From Balanoglossus misakiensis (taxonomy: Eukaryota > Animalia > Hemichordata), in contig CM082581.2 of assembly GCA_040954595.2 (NCBI GenBank), forward strand, positions 13,217,921 to 13,281,920: DNA of 64,000 nt, in the 5' to 3' direction. Of the stretch, positions 1 to 20,700 are shown one piece after another. The notes below the pieces were generated by a model. It was not told the origin of the DNA. It made no database searches and saw only the letters and a list, made by a program, of their open reading frames with translations. Made by a program: the position numbers and the translations under genes. Positions within the stretch are counted from its first letter, which is position 1. Each line of letters starts with the position of its first letter.

Positions 1-1823
1 ACTCATTATCAATGGTGAATATTCATGCACCTCAGATTATGCATTGTACATGTATTATATAAAGACATGGAATCAATCACTGAAATGAATTCTTACCTCA
101 ACACCACCTTTGATATAATAACATAGATCTGACAGGTGGAAGTCATGTTTGACTTTCTTTTGGATGGATCCATTTTGTCCTGCCACAGCTTCTGTTAAAC
201 TTTTTGGACCATTCCTCTCTATCAGTTCTGGAAATGAGAAAAATAGTGCAAACTTAGACAAAAATCTTTCGTCATACACATGTATACAAGGCATGAAAAA
301 TTCATGTACAGACAAAATATGAGAGCCAAAGCAACAGTTATACATCAGTACTGCCTGGCACTTATAGAACCGTAATATCTTACCTTGTGCAATGACCACT
401 GTTCCATTTTCAACAGCACCATTGCCATTTTTCTTTTCATTTGCACGAGCAATTCTTTGTTTACCCCACTGCAGATTTGAAAAAAAATCATGTATTTAAT
501 TTGAGAAGTATTCTGAGTTCAGGAGGAATTGGAAAAGAAATCAAGTGATTCAGAAGGCATAGTGAACTGAAGACTGCCAATCCATAAGTACATGTATATG
601 TATCAGGTAGCAAGGTATGCATGATAAAAGTGCAATGACTGGTAAATATATTGTGACTGGGCAACTATCACACAAGGACTTTGCCTTTGATGTCCTACAA
701 AAGGGTAATCAAATTCAGGTCAAGTGGACAGATACACAGTCACACAAGCAAAAAATCAGACCAAAGAGGAAGAATAGTACATTTGTGGGAAGTCTCAGAA
801 GAGAGTGGCTGAAATTAAACACTGCATTACTCAAAGGTGTGCTGTTAAGTCAAGCACCCACAATGATATTTACGTGGGGCTGTGGTTTGGAAACTGGCCT
901 GGTGAATTTCCATTCATCTGCATGCCAATGTAAACATATATGGACATGTGCTAATATTTTCGCATTAAACCCTTACATGTTACAAAATATTATCACAAGA
1001 GTCAAAACATATATAACCATGACAGTTAACCATACCCCATAATTGATTTAAAATCTGTCTAAAGGGCATCCCATTCTTCATAAATCATAGAGCCCTCATT
1101 AAAAACTTTGTTTGCAAGCTCTGTGATAAACCCTCTGACAGAAATACTTGGTTGCATAACACCTACAGCAAGTGATATATTTGATTAGAGATAACAGCAA
1201 AGCTCCACTTTGACAAATTGATTTTTTCCACCAAAATAGTGTCTTTTTAGGAGTTTTCAAACTTCTCTGAAAACTGCCTTAAATCCCTATACACGGTTCC
1301 CTATTGGTTTTTTAGTTTAAACAGATGGAAATGGCATAATACATGTACTAATAGAATTTTTATCCTGACAAATACTGGTATCTAGTACTTGCATCTCTGT
1401 CTCTGCTTCTCGATACGATATGAATCAACAGGGCTGGGGTGAAATAACTAGGGCAGCGCCTAGATTATCTCCCAGATACAACTGTTTACCACGAGGACCA
1501 ATCAGATGTAACAATACAGCTTCTCTGTTCCCTACCAACAATCACGGCAGTGGTGTGACTGCAGATTTGCAGTTTTCAGGGTCATCGTTAATACTAGGCC
1601 ACCATTTTCAAGCATTGGTTCAAAATTATCAGTTTTGACCCACTAATCTGTCAAAATGTACCAGAAAAGACTTTACCTCAAAAATTGTCAATAACGAGTT
1701 CACATAGAGTCTCCGGACGCCAACTTCAACGCCAAGAGCAGCCGGAATAATAATCATGGCATAGATCGCTATGAGTGGCGTGAGAGTAAAACCCAGAATC
1801 CGGAAGACCAGCTGTTGATCCAT
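1..1823 (-). CDS. GPAT4: Glycerol-3-phosphate acyltransferase 3/4 (AGPAT9/AGPAT6 family), 5' exons only; continues beyond the window start
   Basis: ATG at 1823. Exons ~1823-1677 (MDQQLVFRILGFTLTPLIAIYAMIIIPAALGVEVGVRRLYVNSLLTIFE), ~468-384 (WGKQRIARANEKKNG...) and ~227-97 (...HDFHLSDLCYYIKGGVE) match the recalled GPAT3/4 N-terminus (IIVPAIFGVSFGIRKLYM..LLKIF.W; FELSDIFYFCRKGME). Boundaries are GT-AG. Probably the co-ortholog of both vertebrate GPAT3 and GPAT4. Confidence 0.85.
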
Positions 1824-2573
1824 TGTGTCTGGCTGTAAAAATTGACTATGGTTGAAATTGACTATGGTGCAACAAGTCACAAATATATCAGTTGCACGAA
1901 TAATGAATGTTTCTACATATACGCGGTTGGAAAGATTCCCAGCACTTGGACGATTTGTCAATCGACTGGTTTGTCCTGGTTTAACCTGTAACGTGTCCGT
2001 AGACCATTAGCACTTCATTCACAACTGTTGGGTCAAAGCTCTGAGGTCAATAGCCGTTGTGTCGCGCCGACCCGATTCACACAATGCGAACATGTAAATA
2101 CAGCTGATCAACGTTAGGTGATGATGTTCGCTGAGTTATATTACATCACGGCCACTCAAGCTCATTTACCAGAAGTCTTCTTGTGATACCTCTACAAGAA
2201 ATGTCTTGTACCGATGTCGAGAATCCACGTCTCGGCCCTACACTGTCTTCTATGCATGACCACCGATGAACCACACAGCTGACGAAATCGTTCCTACACA
2301 GGAAGTTGCTTCATATGGGGACAGCATTGAGTGCATTATGGTACTTACAGACCGTGGATACGTGTAATAGTTGTGAGACAAAGGAGCGCATTATTTACAG
2401 TGAAAAAATGCTTCGAAAAGTTATATACTAATTTTAGGATATTACAAAAATGTTTTATGATCACATTTTTCCAAATGGAAAATTTCCAACGACAGTTTGC
2501 GAATTCACGAATACATATCATACGGGGTTTCCTTTGATAATTCGAAGGGGTTACAAGTGAGATAGACGACAAA

Positions 2574-3430
2574 ATGGCTCCTGCACCGGTCGCCGTTTCA
2601 CCTCTTATAAAGGTAAAGCCTCCCTAAAATTCAATCTTTTGGGAAGGGCACAAATGTATGTTGACTGTCAAACATGTAATGTCGTTTAAAAACCACTACT
2701 TTGCACATGATGGCCCATAAACATACTTGACTTGACTTGAAATTGATGTGCGACCTCACCGGTGTCGTCTGTTAGCGTTAGTGTTACAGTGCACGTACAC
2801 ACCAAACTTTTTAGTTGTCAGTACAGTTGCAACTGAGTACAAGGGTGAAAGTCAGCTGTTCAAGCAAATAACGTTATCAAACTGTTTTATACTCGTTAGG
2901 CAGCAAGATACACTGCTCTTCTGGGAGGATTATTCTATGGCGGCAGGCGACAGGGTAAGCTCTCACTGTATTTAGATCATCACAGTTAGTTTCTAGCAGG
3001 ATTGTGTGTGCATCATTATTTTATTTCTACCACCCAGTACATCTTCAAAAAGTAGAAGATAGAAAGAAAGCCTTTCTGGAAAAAGAGAAGGCCAAGAAAG
3101 AAAAACAGGAAGCAGCTGCCAAAGCAGGTGAGGGCCTGTAACTCTGATGTTACCATTGCTAAATATGCTGGCTTTGGGCAGGCAAGTATGCGTAGGATAC
3201 TTAGATATTAACCCCTGCTGTGATGTGCTTCCTACTGTGCTGTGATCTTACCGAGACAGAAAGGTGTGTGTGGAAATTTCCACTTATCACCCAGTGTCTT
3301 GTCTATGGGTGGTATTCTTTTTTTTTCATTCACTTCTGCATCGTTAACACACGTGCCATAGTAATGCAAGTGCAACACTCTATGTCTGTTGTAACGTTCA
3401 CCAATTAGTTTTACAGCATCGCTTAAGTAG
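2574..3430 (+). CDS. ATP5ME: Mitochondrial ATP synthase subunit e
   Basis: Exons 2574-2612 (MAPAPVAVSPLIK), 2900-2954 (AARYTALLGGLFYGGRRQ), 3038-3127 (HLQKVEDRKKAFLEKEKAKKEKQEAAAKA) and 3417-3430 (ASLK*). Matches human MVPPVQVSPLIKLGRYSAL..G..YG...SILK. Missed by the ORF track. An alternative last exon at 4014-4018 is possible. Confidence 0.9.
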
Positions 3431-4741
3431 TTATACAGTAGCTATACACAACATGACTGTGTTCATGCAGATTAATCCCTCAGTAAGCTTCATCTTTGCT
3501 AGGCATGTTCTGAATGAAATATATGTCGCTTCCCATTTTCACACCGTTGTATTTTTGCATAACACACACATTATGAGGATGTCAATAATTTGTATCATTT
3601 GTCTTTCAGAGGGTGACTCTATACTACAGTAATTATTAAATTGACTGGAACTTTTTTGGAGAAGTACCTGTGGTGGTGTGAGAAGAGATGAGCCCTTGAT
3701 TAACTGGTGTTTTTGGCCCAAGAGTTATGATTGGCTACAACATGACGTGTGTTTAGGGAGTAGCGTTGTATATTCATTTGAACTGAGTGGAAATCTTACA
3801 TTGTACAACCCCATTACAGCAATTGTTAATATATTTGTACCTCTCATCTGAGTGACAGTGGATGATTAAATGTTTGAGATTTTAAACTGTTGTACATGCG
3901 TTTCATTTCTACATATGGTGTGTGATGTACTTGTGAACGTATGAAGTGGTGTCAGTTATGGAAAATACGCAACGGTGCAGTTCCTTTAATGCTAAAGTTT
4001 ATTGCATCTCTAGCATAAAAAACTGAACGACAACTTCACTTCCTAAAACAGTGAATAGTTAACAAATAAAATGAACTTCAACTGAAAACACAAGTTTAAG
4101 TTAATACTTTGCATAGAAATGTTAACTACTAAACTTTATCACAGGAAATCTTACCGGCATAAATTTCAAGTCAAACTTGGATAATTTTCATAAAAATAAT
4201 TGAACACTGCATGAGAGTAACATATTTTTGTACAATTATCAATATAAACAAATCAGTTCTTTACAAAGTCAATCTATTCAAAATCAACTCTAAATACAAA
4301 TTTTTATTGGAATCATTTGGACGGAGCAAAGATTACTGGTAATCTGCACACAAAACCAGAAACTAGTTTATTCTCTTGAAAACATGAACTCTTTCTACAA
4401 CAATAACATTGTCTGGAAATGAAATATTGCAGATTGAAATAATGGTAAAATGTTACAATGTACAAGAACATTCTGAATGAGTAGGAAAGCTCATATTAAA
4501 ACTCACAGAAATGTACTCAAAATCCACTCCAGTAATAAGTAGACTCAATCTCCAATCAGTGGCAACCCTACATTGTGCAAGTGCAGAAACCATTACCACT
4601 TACAATCAACTATTGACCCTTACATTATAACCCTCTCTCCCCATTCCCCTGCATATGGACCCACCTCAACTGACAACAACAATAAGGTTGGGCAAAAACT
4701 GGTTGGAAAAGGGGGAGGGGTGTTACTCCTATCAGCATCAG

Positions 4742-13837
<9,096 letters not shown>

Positions 13838-14492
13838 GCTGAAGGAATTCAAATGCAAACAGTTAAAACGAAACGACAACTTGTTTTCAAGCAATCGACG
13901 CCATGTTATTTTGGTCACGTGACATTTCTTCGGGGTCAGAGTGCACGAGGGCACGCCCCATCGCTTCGCTGAAAGACACCTGTTGCATCTACTTGTTTCC
14001 AAACCTTATCTTTAATTTCATAAAGCCCGTGATGGAAGACTTGGATTTTCATTGTTTCAAGATTAATTCTTCCATTCCCTACAGTATTTTTTTGTAAATG
14101 ACATTACGCCTAATAACATGAAGAAAGACGAACAGAATAAAAGATGCGCTCTCAGTCTCACTGTTGGTGCGGAGAACAGTGGATGTTCCCATTTGCTATG
14201 AATGTAGGGATAAATCAACGGTATACAACTGTCAGCTGATGCGTCAGCTATTTCAAGAAGTATCAGGGCAGCAGTTGACGGCAAATTCACGTGATATCCA
14301 GCAGGTGGCCCTGTCTCACATTTGGCAGGTGCAGTTTGTTGAGGCGCGTCTCTGAACCAACCCTCTCTGAAAACATCTCCTACCAGAGGCCTTCAACTAG
14401 AAGTAGCTTAGGCCCAGAAGTGTAAGCGTTTGCAAGTCTTGGCCGGGTTATTCGCCGAAGATTAGTATTTGACAAAACAGACCAGAGTGACC

Positions 14493-16694
14493 ATGGCTGG
14501 CGCTTTCCCGAAAACAGAAACATCCGGAGAAATAGACGACGCCTTTCTTACTTGCGGGTTCTGTTCTGAACCGTACAGGGATCCAAAACTTCTTCCCTGT
14601 CTACACACTTTCTGTGCGGAGTGTTTAGCCGAGATAGCTGAGAATGCTGGAAACCTGACCTGTCCACTCTGCCAACGAGGGCACGAAGTTCCCGACGAAG
14701 GTGTTTCTGGTCTGGCATCTAATGATTTCATCGGCGGACTGGTCGCCAGCAGTCGTTACCAACCGACTGGACATTCGTCTGCTCCTCAACGCTGTGAGAC
14801 GTGTAACTCAGGTGACGTGACCAGAGTGTGTTCAGAGTGCTCGCTTGGACTGTGCGAATTTTGCGTGCGTGTGCATGCCCGGATTCCACTGACCCGATCT
14901 CACCGCCTGATGCCACCTGACGAGTACAACCGTGCAAAGACGGAGAACCTCTCATTGGCACAGCCCCCACTCTACTGCACGAAACACCAGGTAAGCGAAA
15001 TCAAACTCTACTGCCAGACGTGTCAAATCTCGGTGTGTCCAGAATGTGCGCTTATCGATCACCAGGGCCACACCAACAGATATCTGAAGGAAGTGGCTGA
15101 TGAATTCTGTAAGGATTTGAGTGACATGATGAACGAACTGAAATTTAAACAAGAAGAAGCCGCCGAAACTCAGAAACGCTTGCAAGAATTAACAGCGGTT
15201 CTCCGAAAAAATATCAAGTCTGAAAATACCAAACTCATGGAACGCGCTGAGTTTGTCAGTGGTATGATACGGAAAAGTGCGCAAAATGTCAGGGCCGCCA
15301 TGAAAAAAGCATACCACAAGAAAAAGGCAAGCCTGGACACGTGTTTTAAAGAGTTGGAATGCATGACGAGTGACATACAAGGGGTGCGAGAATTTTCTGA
15401 AAAAATCATGCGCCACGGTTCGTCCGCGCAGCTCATGTCCGCAAAGATGGGAATGACGTCGCAAATCGGGGAGTTGCTGAAAACAGATATCCGTGAGATA
15501 TCTGAAGATGACGGCTTCATTAAGTTCCGACCAGCAGCAGATGTGCTTAAAGACTCCTGCATTGGGGAACTGGTTACACGCAAGCCTATTGGCTACCAGT
15601 TGGAATTTGTTCCAGAGTATGTGACAGTCCGCAAATCAGCACTGGTTACTCTGAAGGCAAAAGGTAACATGATGTCGTCTGCGGGAAAAGTGAGCGCTCT
15701 TGTTAAGAAACCGGACGGCACCGAAGAAGCGGTGAGTCCGAAGGTGACAGACGAAGAAATAGGAATACAGTCTTTGGAGTTTTTTCCAGTGATGGCAGGA
15801 AATCACCAAGCTTTCATATCCGTGGACGGTGACCCGATTGAAGAGTCGCCGATACTTATACCAGTGGTCTCTGAAAAAGGTCTTCTCTTCGATTTTGGGG
15901 GAAGGGGGACCGCTGAAGGCTTGTTGAATGAACCCTACGGTGTCACTCAACTGCCAGACGGCAGCGTGTTGGTCTGTGATTCTGCTAATCATCGTCTTCA
16001 GAGGTTCACTTTGACCGGCAAATTTCAAGGTCTGCTCCAGCTCCCTGCTCTCGAGAAGCCCGCAAAGCCAATGTACGTCGCGTCAGATGAGGAGAACATC
16101 TACATCACTGACATCGGCAACAACCATGTTATCGTCTGCGATGAAAATGGTCAAGTCGTCAAAACCATCGGGAAGGGGGATTTGAAATCTCCAGTCGGCA
16201 TCGCAGTGAGTCCGACAAATAGCAGGGTCTATGTCGTCGACAGTGATCATTTCTGTGTTAGGATTTACGACCGAGACGGGAAATTGCTATCATCCTTTGG
16301 AAATAAAAAGACCTTTGGGAAAAAGCCTTCTTGCATCTCCATAAGTGGTGAAGGAACTGTCTTCGTTTCTTGCCGCCACCACGCCGCTGTAAAAGTCTTC
16401 AGCTCGGATGGCAGGTTTCTCCACGACTTTGGGAAATTTGACGACGCGGAAGATTTGCATGTGGATAGCCACAATCACGTGTATGTATGTGATTACAAGA
16501 ATGGAAGGGTTAATAAATTCACTGCTGAAGGAAAGTCATCTTATCGCTTAATCGGTACATTTGACGGTTTTGAAAATCCGACAGGAGTCCATGTCACCAA
16601 AGATGAGCCGTACGGAAAGGTGATCGTTGTTGATTACATGGATGCACGTATCAAGGTGTTCGCTCAACAAGATAAAGTTGAAGGACAGGTATGA
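14493..16694 (+). CDS. TRIM-NHL E3 ubiquitin ligase (RING, two B-boxes, coiled coil, filamin/Ig, NHL repeats), TRIM2/3/71-like, single coding exon
   Basis: RING CGFC...LPCLHTFCAEC...CPLC; B-boxes C..C...C..C...C..C...H and CTKH...LYCQTC...CPECALIDH..H; coiled coil; filamin-like VKKPDG...G.H...SVDG.PI..SP; NHL repeats (P.GV, VCDSANHRLQRF, ITDIGNNHV). First ATG at 14493. Confidence 0.92.
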   Translation: MAGAFPKTETSGEIDDAFLTCGFCSEPYRDPKLLPCLHTFCAECLAEIAENAGNLTCPLCQRGHEVPDEGVSGLASNDFIGGLVASSRYQPTGHSSAPQRCETCNSGDVTRVCSECSLGLCEFCVRVHARIPLTRSHRLMPPDEYNRAKTENLSLAQPPLYCTKHQVSEIKLYCQTCQISVCPECALIDHQGHTNRYLKEVADEFCKDLSDMMNELKFKQEEAAETQKRLQELTAVLRKNIKSENTKLMERAEFVSGMIRKSAQNVRAAMKKAYHKKKASLDTCFKELECMTSDIQGVREFSEKIMRHGSSAQLMSAKMGMTSQIGELLKTDIREISEDDGFIKFRPAADVLKDSCIGELVTRKPIGYQLEFVPEYVTVRKSALVTLKAKGNMMSSAGKVSALVKKPDGTEEAVSPKVTDEEIGIQSLEFFPVMAGNHQAFISVDGDPIEESPILIPVVSEKGLLFDFGGRGTAEGLLNEPYGVTQLPDGSVLVCDSANHRLQRFTLTGKFQGLLQLPALEKPAKPMYVASDEENIYITDIGNNHVIVCDENGQVVKTIGKGDLKSPVGIAVSPTNSRVYVVDSDHFCVRIYDRDGKLLSSFGNKKTFGKKPSCISISGEGTVFVSCRHHAAVKVFSSDGRFLHDFGKFDDAEDLHVDSHNHVYVCDYKNGRVNKFTAEGKSSYRLIGTFDGFENPTGVHVTKDEPYGKVIVVDYMDARIKVFAQQDKVEGQV

Positions 16695-17711
16695 AACATA
16701 TGCTTGTCTGTGAGAAACACATGTTACATTTGTGTCAAAGTAACGTCATCTGCCCCGATATACCAGTCCTATATTTCATGGCACTTTACTGGGAAATGTG
16801 AACAGTTTTTCGGCAAGTGGTAAAAGTAAGCCTGTCGTAAAGCTGAAAGTCGACACATCTGGTACACGGGTGTGTCCGAGGCTGTAACAGAAGCGTGCAA
16901 ATCGCTGGTGCAGGGCTAGTAATTTACGGGTGGCTGAAGGGATTAAACTGTGTGATTTAGCAGATTTTTTTATACTTTTTATTTCGAAATTATTATAATT
17001 TCTCATGTGTACTTTGTAAATATTACATACAGGTACATATACTTCTTTAAAAACACTGTATCATTTCTGTGGATTGCAATTCACAACAAGTGAGCATGAC
17101 CGTCTGCAGATCTAAAACATTTATAAAAACATTTAGTCAGTCATAATCCGTATCAAGTAAAAATAAATTTATCACGCTTGGTATAGCTAAAATTATTGCT
17201 TCGAAAATGAGAAATGGTGGTAAAAAACTATGTCATTTAAAAAACCGTACGTTGGCAGAGCCCCTCTCGAGATTAAACACATTACTGTGGTAGTAAATAT
17301 TTTGTAGAGTTTTGTTTAACATTATTTTCGTAACTTACAATGCTGTTTCGTCGATTTTATCAGTAAAATGTATGGCTCAATGTAAATTTATACATATACT
17401 CAGTATGATGTTTAGTCTATTGGGTTCAGAGTTGCTGGACATTTCTACTCTTGGTTTTAACCAGTGAAGTATAGCTAAGACTTAATAGCTAAGAACCAGT
17501 TTGCCCGAATCGTTGTAAAAGTATTGAGTTGACGGTGTTTAACTTTAAAGGTCTGGCCAATGTATATTGCTAACAGTAAACAGCAATACTCTGAAATAAA
17601 TGTGACAATCAGTACATCATGAACGTGATGGTATTCGAATACCAATGTGGGCTTTGATAAGGTTCTAGGCACTCGAAAGTCAAAATGATCAAAATGTAAA
17701 TGGCAGTCGTC

Positions 17712-20700
17712 TTAGTCTTCCGTGACTTCCTTTTCTTCATTCTGTCTCTTGATGTCCTTGACCTTGGCCCACTGTCTTCGCTTCTCAAGTCTCTGTCCAC
17801 TCTTATCTGACGTGTACACAACGTCTTCGTTTTCTGATTCTCTGGAGATCTGCTGCCGGACGCTAATTCTCCGCTTCATACCTTGGTTACAAATAGGAAA
17901 AGGGTCATTACAAATCCAACTGTGACTGACAAATGTTGTGTAACGTTTGCAAATACTGACCAACATGGATAAACATTACCATAATATCATTTTATATACT
18001 GACGAAATGCCATACCTGGGTCAGCTCTCTGTAGTTTGTCCAATGCTGCTCTGCGAATGTCAGATTCACCAGACGTTCCTTGATGGGACGATTCACTCAC
18101 GTAGAATGCCGATTCCACAGCGCTGTCACCAGCAATTGAAGAAGTGTCTTCTGTGTACCAAATACAAAAACAGATATGCAAGGAATAACTTTCCTTAGTG
18201 CATGTACTTTCCTTGTTCTGTAAATGTGCAATTGAAAGAAGCAGCCTGCCTTTGTTTGATACCATTTCTGCAACCCGTTACCAGAATATTGAAACACTTA
18301 ATTTTACTTCTTTATTTCTACCTGTACTGCTGTCGTCGCCATCGTTTTCCCAGCTGTATTTCCATGGCAACCCCTCGGCGATGGCTTTCTGTCTGATCAT
18401 GAGTCGGACATACCGTCCCTTTGTACGCTCACTGTCCCTCTGTGAAGCTCTGCTGTTAAGCTTTGCCCATGGCCTTTTCTGGAGAGTGAAATTCAAAGTG
18501 TGAAAATGCAAAACACTTTCGGATAAGAAAAGAACCCTGGCCTTCTGGCATTTTCAAATGGCATTTCAATATATTAATTCAAACGAATGCAAATATATGC
18601 AGACCAACCTTTCTCATTTTTTCCATTTCTTCCTTGATTTCCTTGGCTGTCCTGTACTCTTCTCTGATTTCATCAATTTCTTTGAGGACTGACAAAATAA
18701 AAGACAATATCAATATTTTATTATTTAAATAGGCGTAAAGTTTGGTGAAAAATCTAGGACTATAGTGCAATACTTTGATAATATTTTCTAAATTTCGTTC
18801 TCACCTTTTGGATCTCTCATTTTCTGTCGGAGTGCCCGCAGCACAATGATGGAAACCCAACATGGCGTCCTGTCGTCATCGTCAACATTCTTGATAAAGC
18901 TCAGTGACACCGCACTTGTGTGCTGAATTAATCTCCTGTTGGTTTTAGGGTCACTGTGCATGGCGATGCGAACTTTGAACTCATTTATATCAAAGACCTG
19001 ACGGAGAAGTAACAGAAGTGAAAATCTTTTTGTCGTTTTATCGAATCATGATGCACAACTGAGTGTACGGCATATAGCAAAATGTCCAGGATTTAGTACA
19101 TGTGGAAAGGTCTCGCTGATAATAAAACTTACCCTGACCGGCCTTCTGTATGGAAGCAGCCCGCTATTTTTGATGATCTCGGCTGAAATAGAGTGATACT
19201 GTGGTTGTTTCCAACCTTTGACATAGATGCCGTTCTTACTGAGTCGACTGGCCCACACGTTGCCCTCCAGATCCATCTCAAGTTGCACTCCTTTCCCTAT
19301 GAAGCCGCGTATCCGCTTAGACTTCTCATCACTCTTGGCATCTGGCATCGATGAAAAGCCAACTCTGGAAGCAGTCACAAACGAACCAAGCAAAGAAATT
19401 ACTTTGAGTCAGGTGTTAGGATAATTGCATTGGCATTAAAAGTAATAGAACACAGTTTGTGCTCACGGGCATGTACAATTACCATTGCCACACTGAGAGT
19501 TGTGTCTTGCCTTACCTGCCACGCTGTTGCCTTGACGACCCATCAATCAGAAGAGTTGGGGAGGCAATGCTGAAGCCGTCAAGAGCATGGGATTTCTCCA
19601 TCAAATAGAGGCGACACCAGACACTTTTATCTAGTTCTGGAATCAAGCTCAGTGCATCTTTCAAGACAAACTGCGAATTTAAAAAGAAGTGCATGATTAT
19701 TACAAAACGAACAATTTCCATTAACTTCCTGTATGCTTTACAAAGTTTAATCAAATGCTGTAAACTTGGCAATACACGAGTCATACTAATACCACTATAT
19801 GAGGAAAACAAATTCAAGCTAAATTACTTTAAGTAGGCAAAGCAACTCAATAATCAAATGCATACCGATTGAATTTCACTTGGTGTAAATATCTCATTGT
19901 TATTGTCGGTCTCATCAATAACTGACGAAACTCGTTTAGTGACCGCAACGGTTGTTGCAGTTGCCAAGGCTACAGATCCAACTTCCGGTTTCCTTACTGG
20001 TCCTGGTGCCTTTGTCTTCTTTTCAGTCATCCCCTTTGCCACCAACATTCTCTGCAGCGCATCCGCCTGCATGCAAAACATCATTCGATTTAGAAGACAT
20101 TTGTACCGCAGAGGGAGCTGTTCCATCGACCTGGACATGGCAGCCATCTTGAATTTTCCATTACTGTCCACAACACAATGAACGCACAGATGAAAGTTTG
20201 TACCTACCTGTTGATGTCGTTTGGCATCATATTCATTCTGTGCTTTCACTCTCTCTGCAAAACTCTCTCCCAGTTGTTGAATTTGCAGCAGAAGACGCTG
20301 GTAGGCTGCAGTCTTGGCCCATGACTCCTGACGGAGGCGTCTCAGCGTCAGCTTTGCAAGAAATCCCCTCACGATACTCTGCACCGTGATTACTTTGGTC
20401 GCCATGGCGTCCATCATGGAGTCCAGCTGTTCAGTGTGCCAGTATTTCAAGAACACCTGAAGTACATTTACCGCATTAGAACTTTGTAGGGTGGAACTCT
20501 CGTCACTTTCTTTACACAAATGTCATTACAACTGTTTCACTGGGCAGCAGCACAGATCAATAAAACAAAGCAATGTCTGGACCACATCACAGAATTGTCC
20601 CACATTTGACGGTGCATATTTCGATCATGGACATACTTTACACGCGAACTGACTTACCTTTGTCTTTCCGACTTGCCAATTAGCAAGCCCTGTAGACTGC

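Noticed and set aside
59-70. AAAGACATGG resembling part of miR-71
   Set aside because: The 5' and 3' ends do not match the mature miRNA and there is no precursor hairpin.
617-1042. 141-aa plus-strand ORF
   Set aside because: It lies antisense within a GPAT intron, with no motifs or splice context.
14462-16478. Minus-strand ORFs overlapping the TRIM gene
   Set aside because: They are antisense shadows of a GC-richer coding region, with no recognisable motifs.
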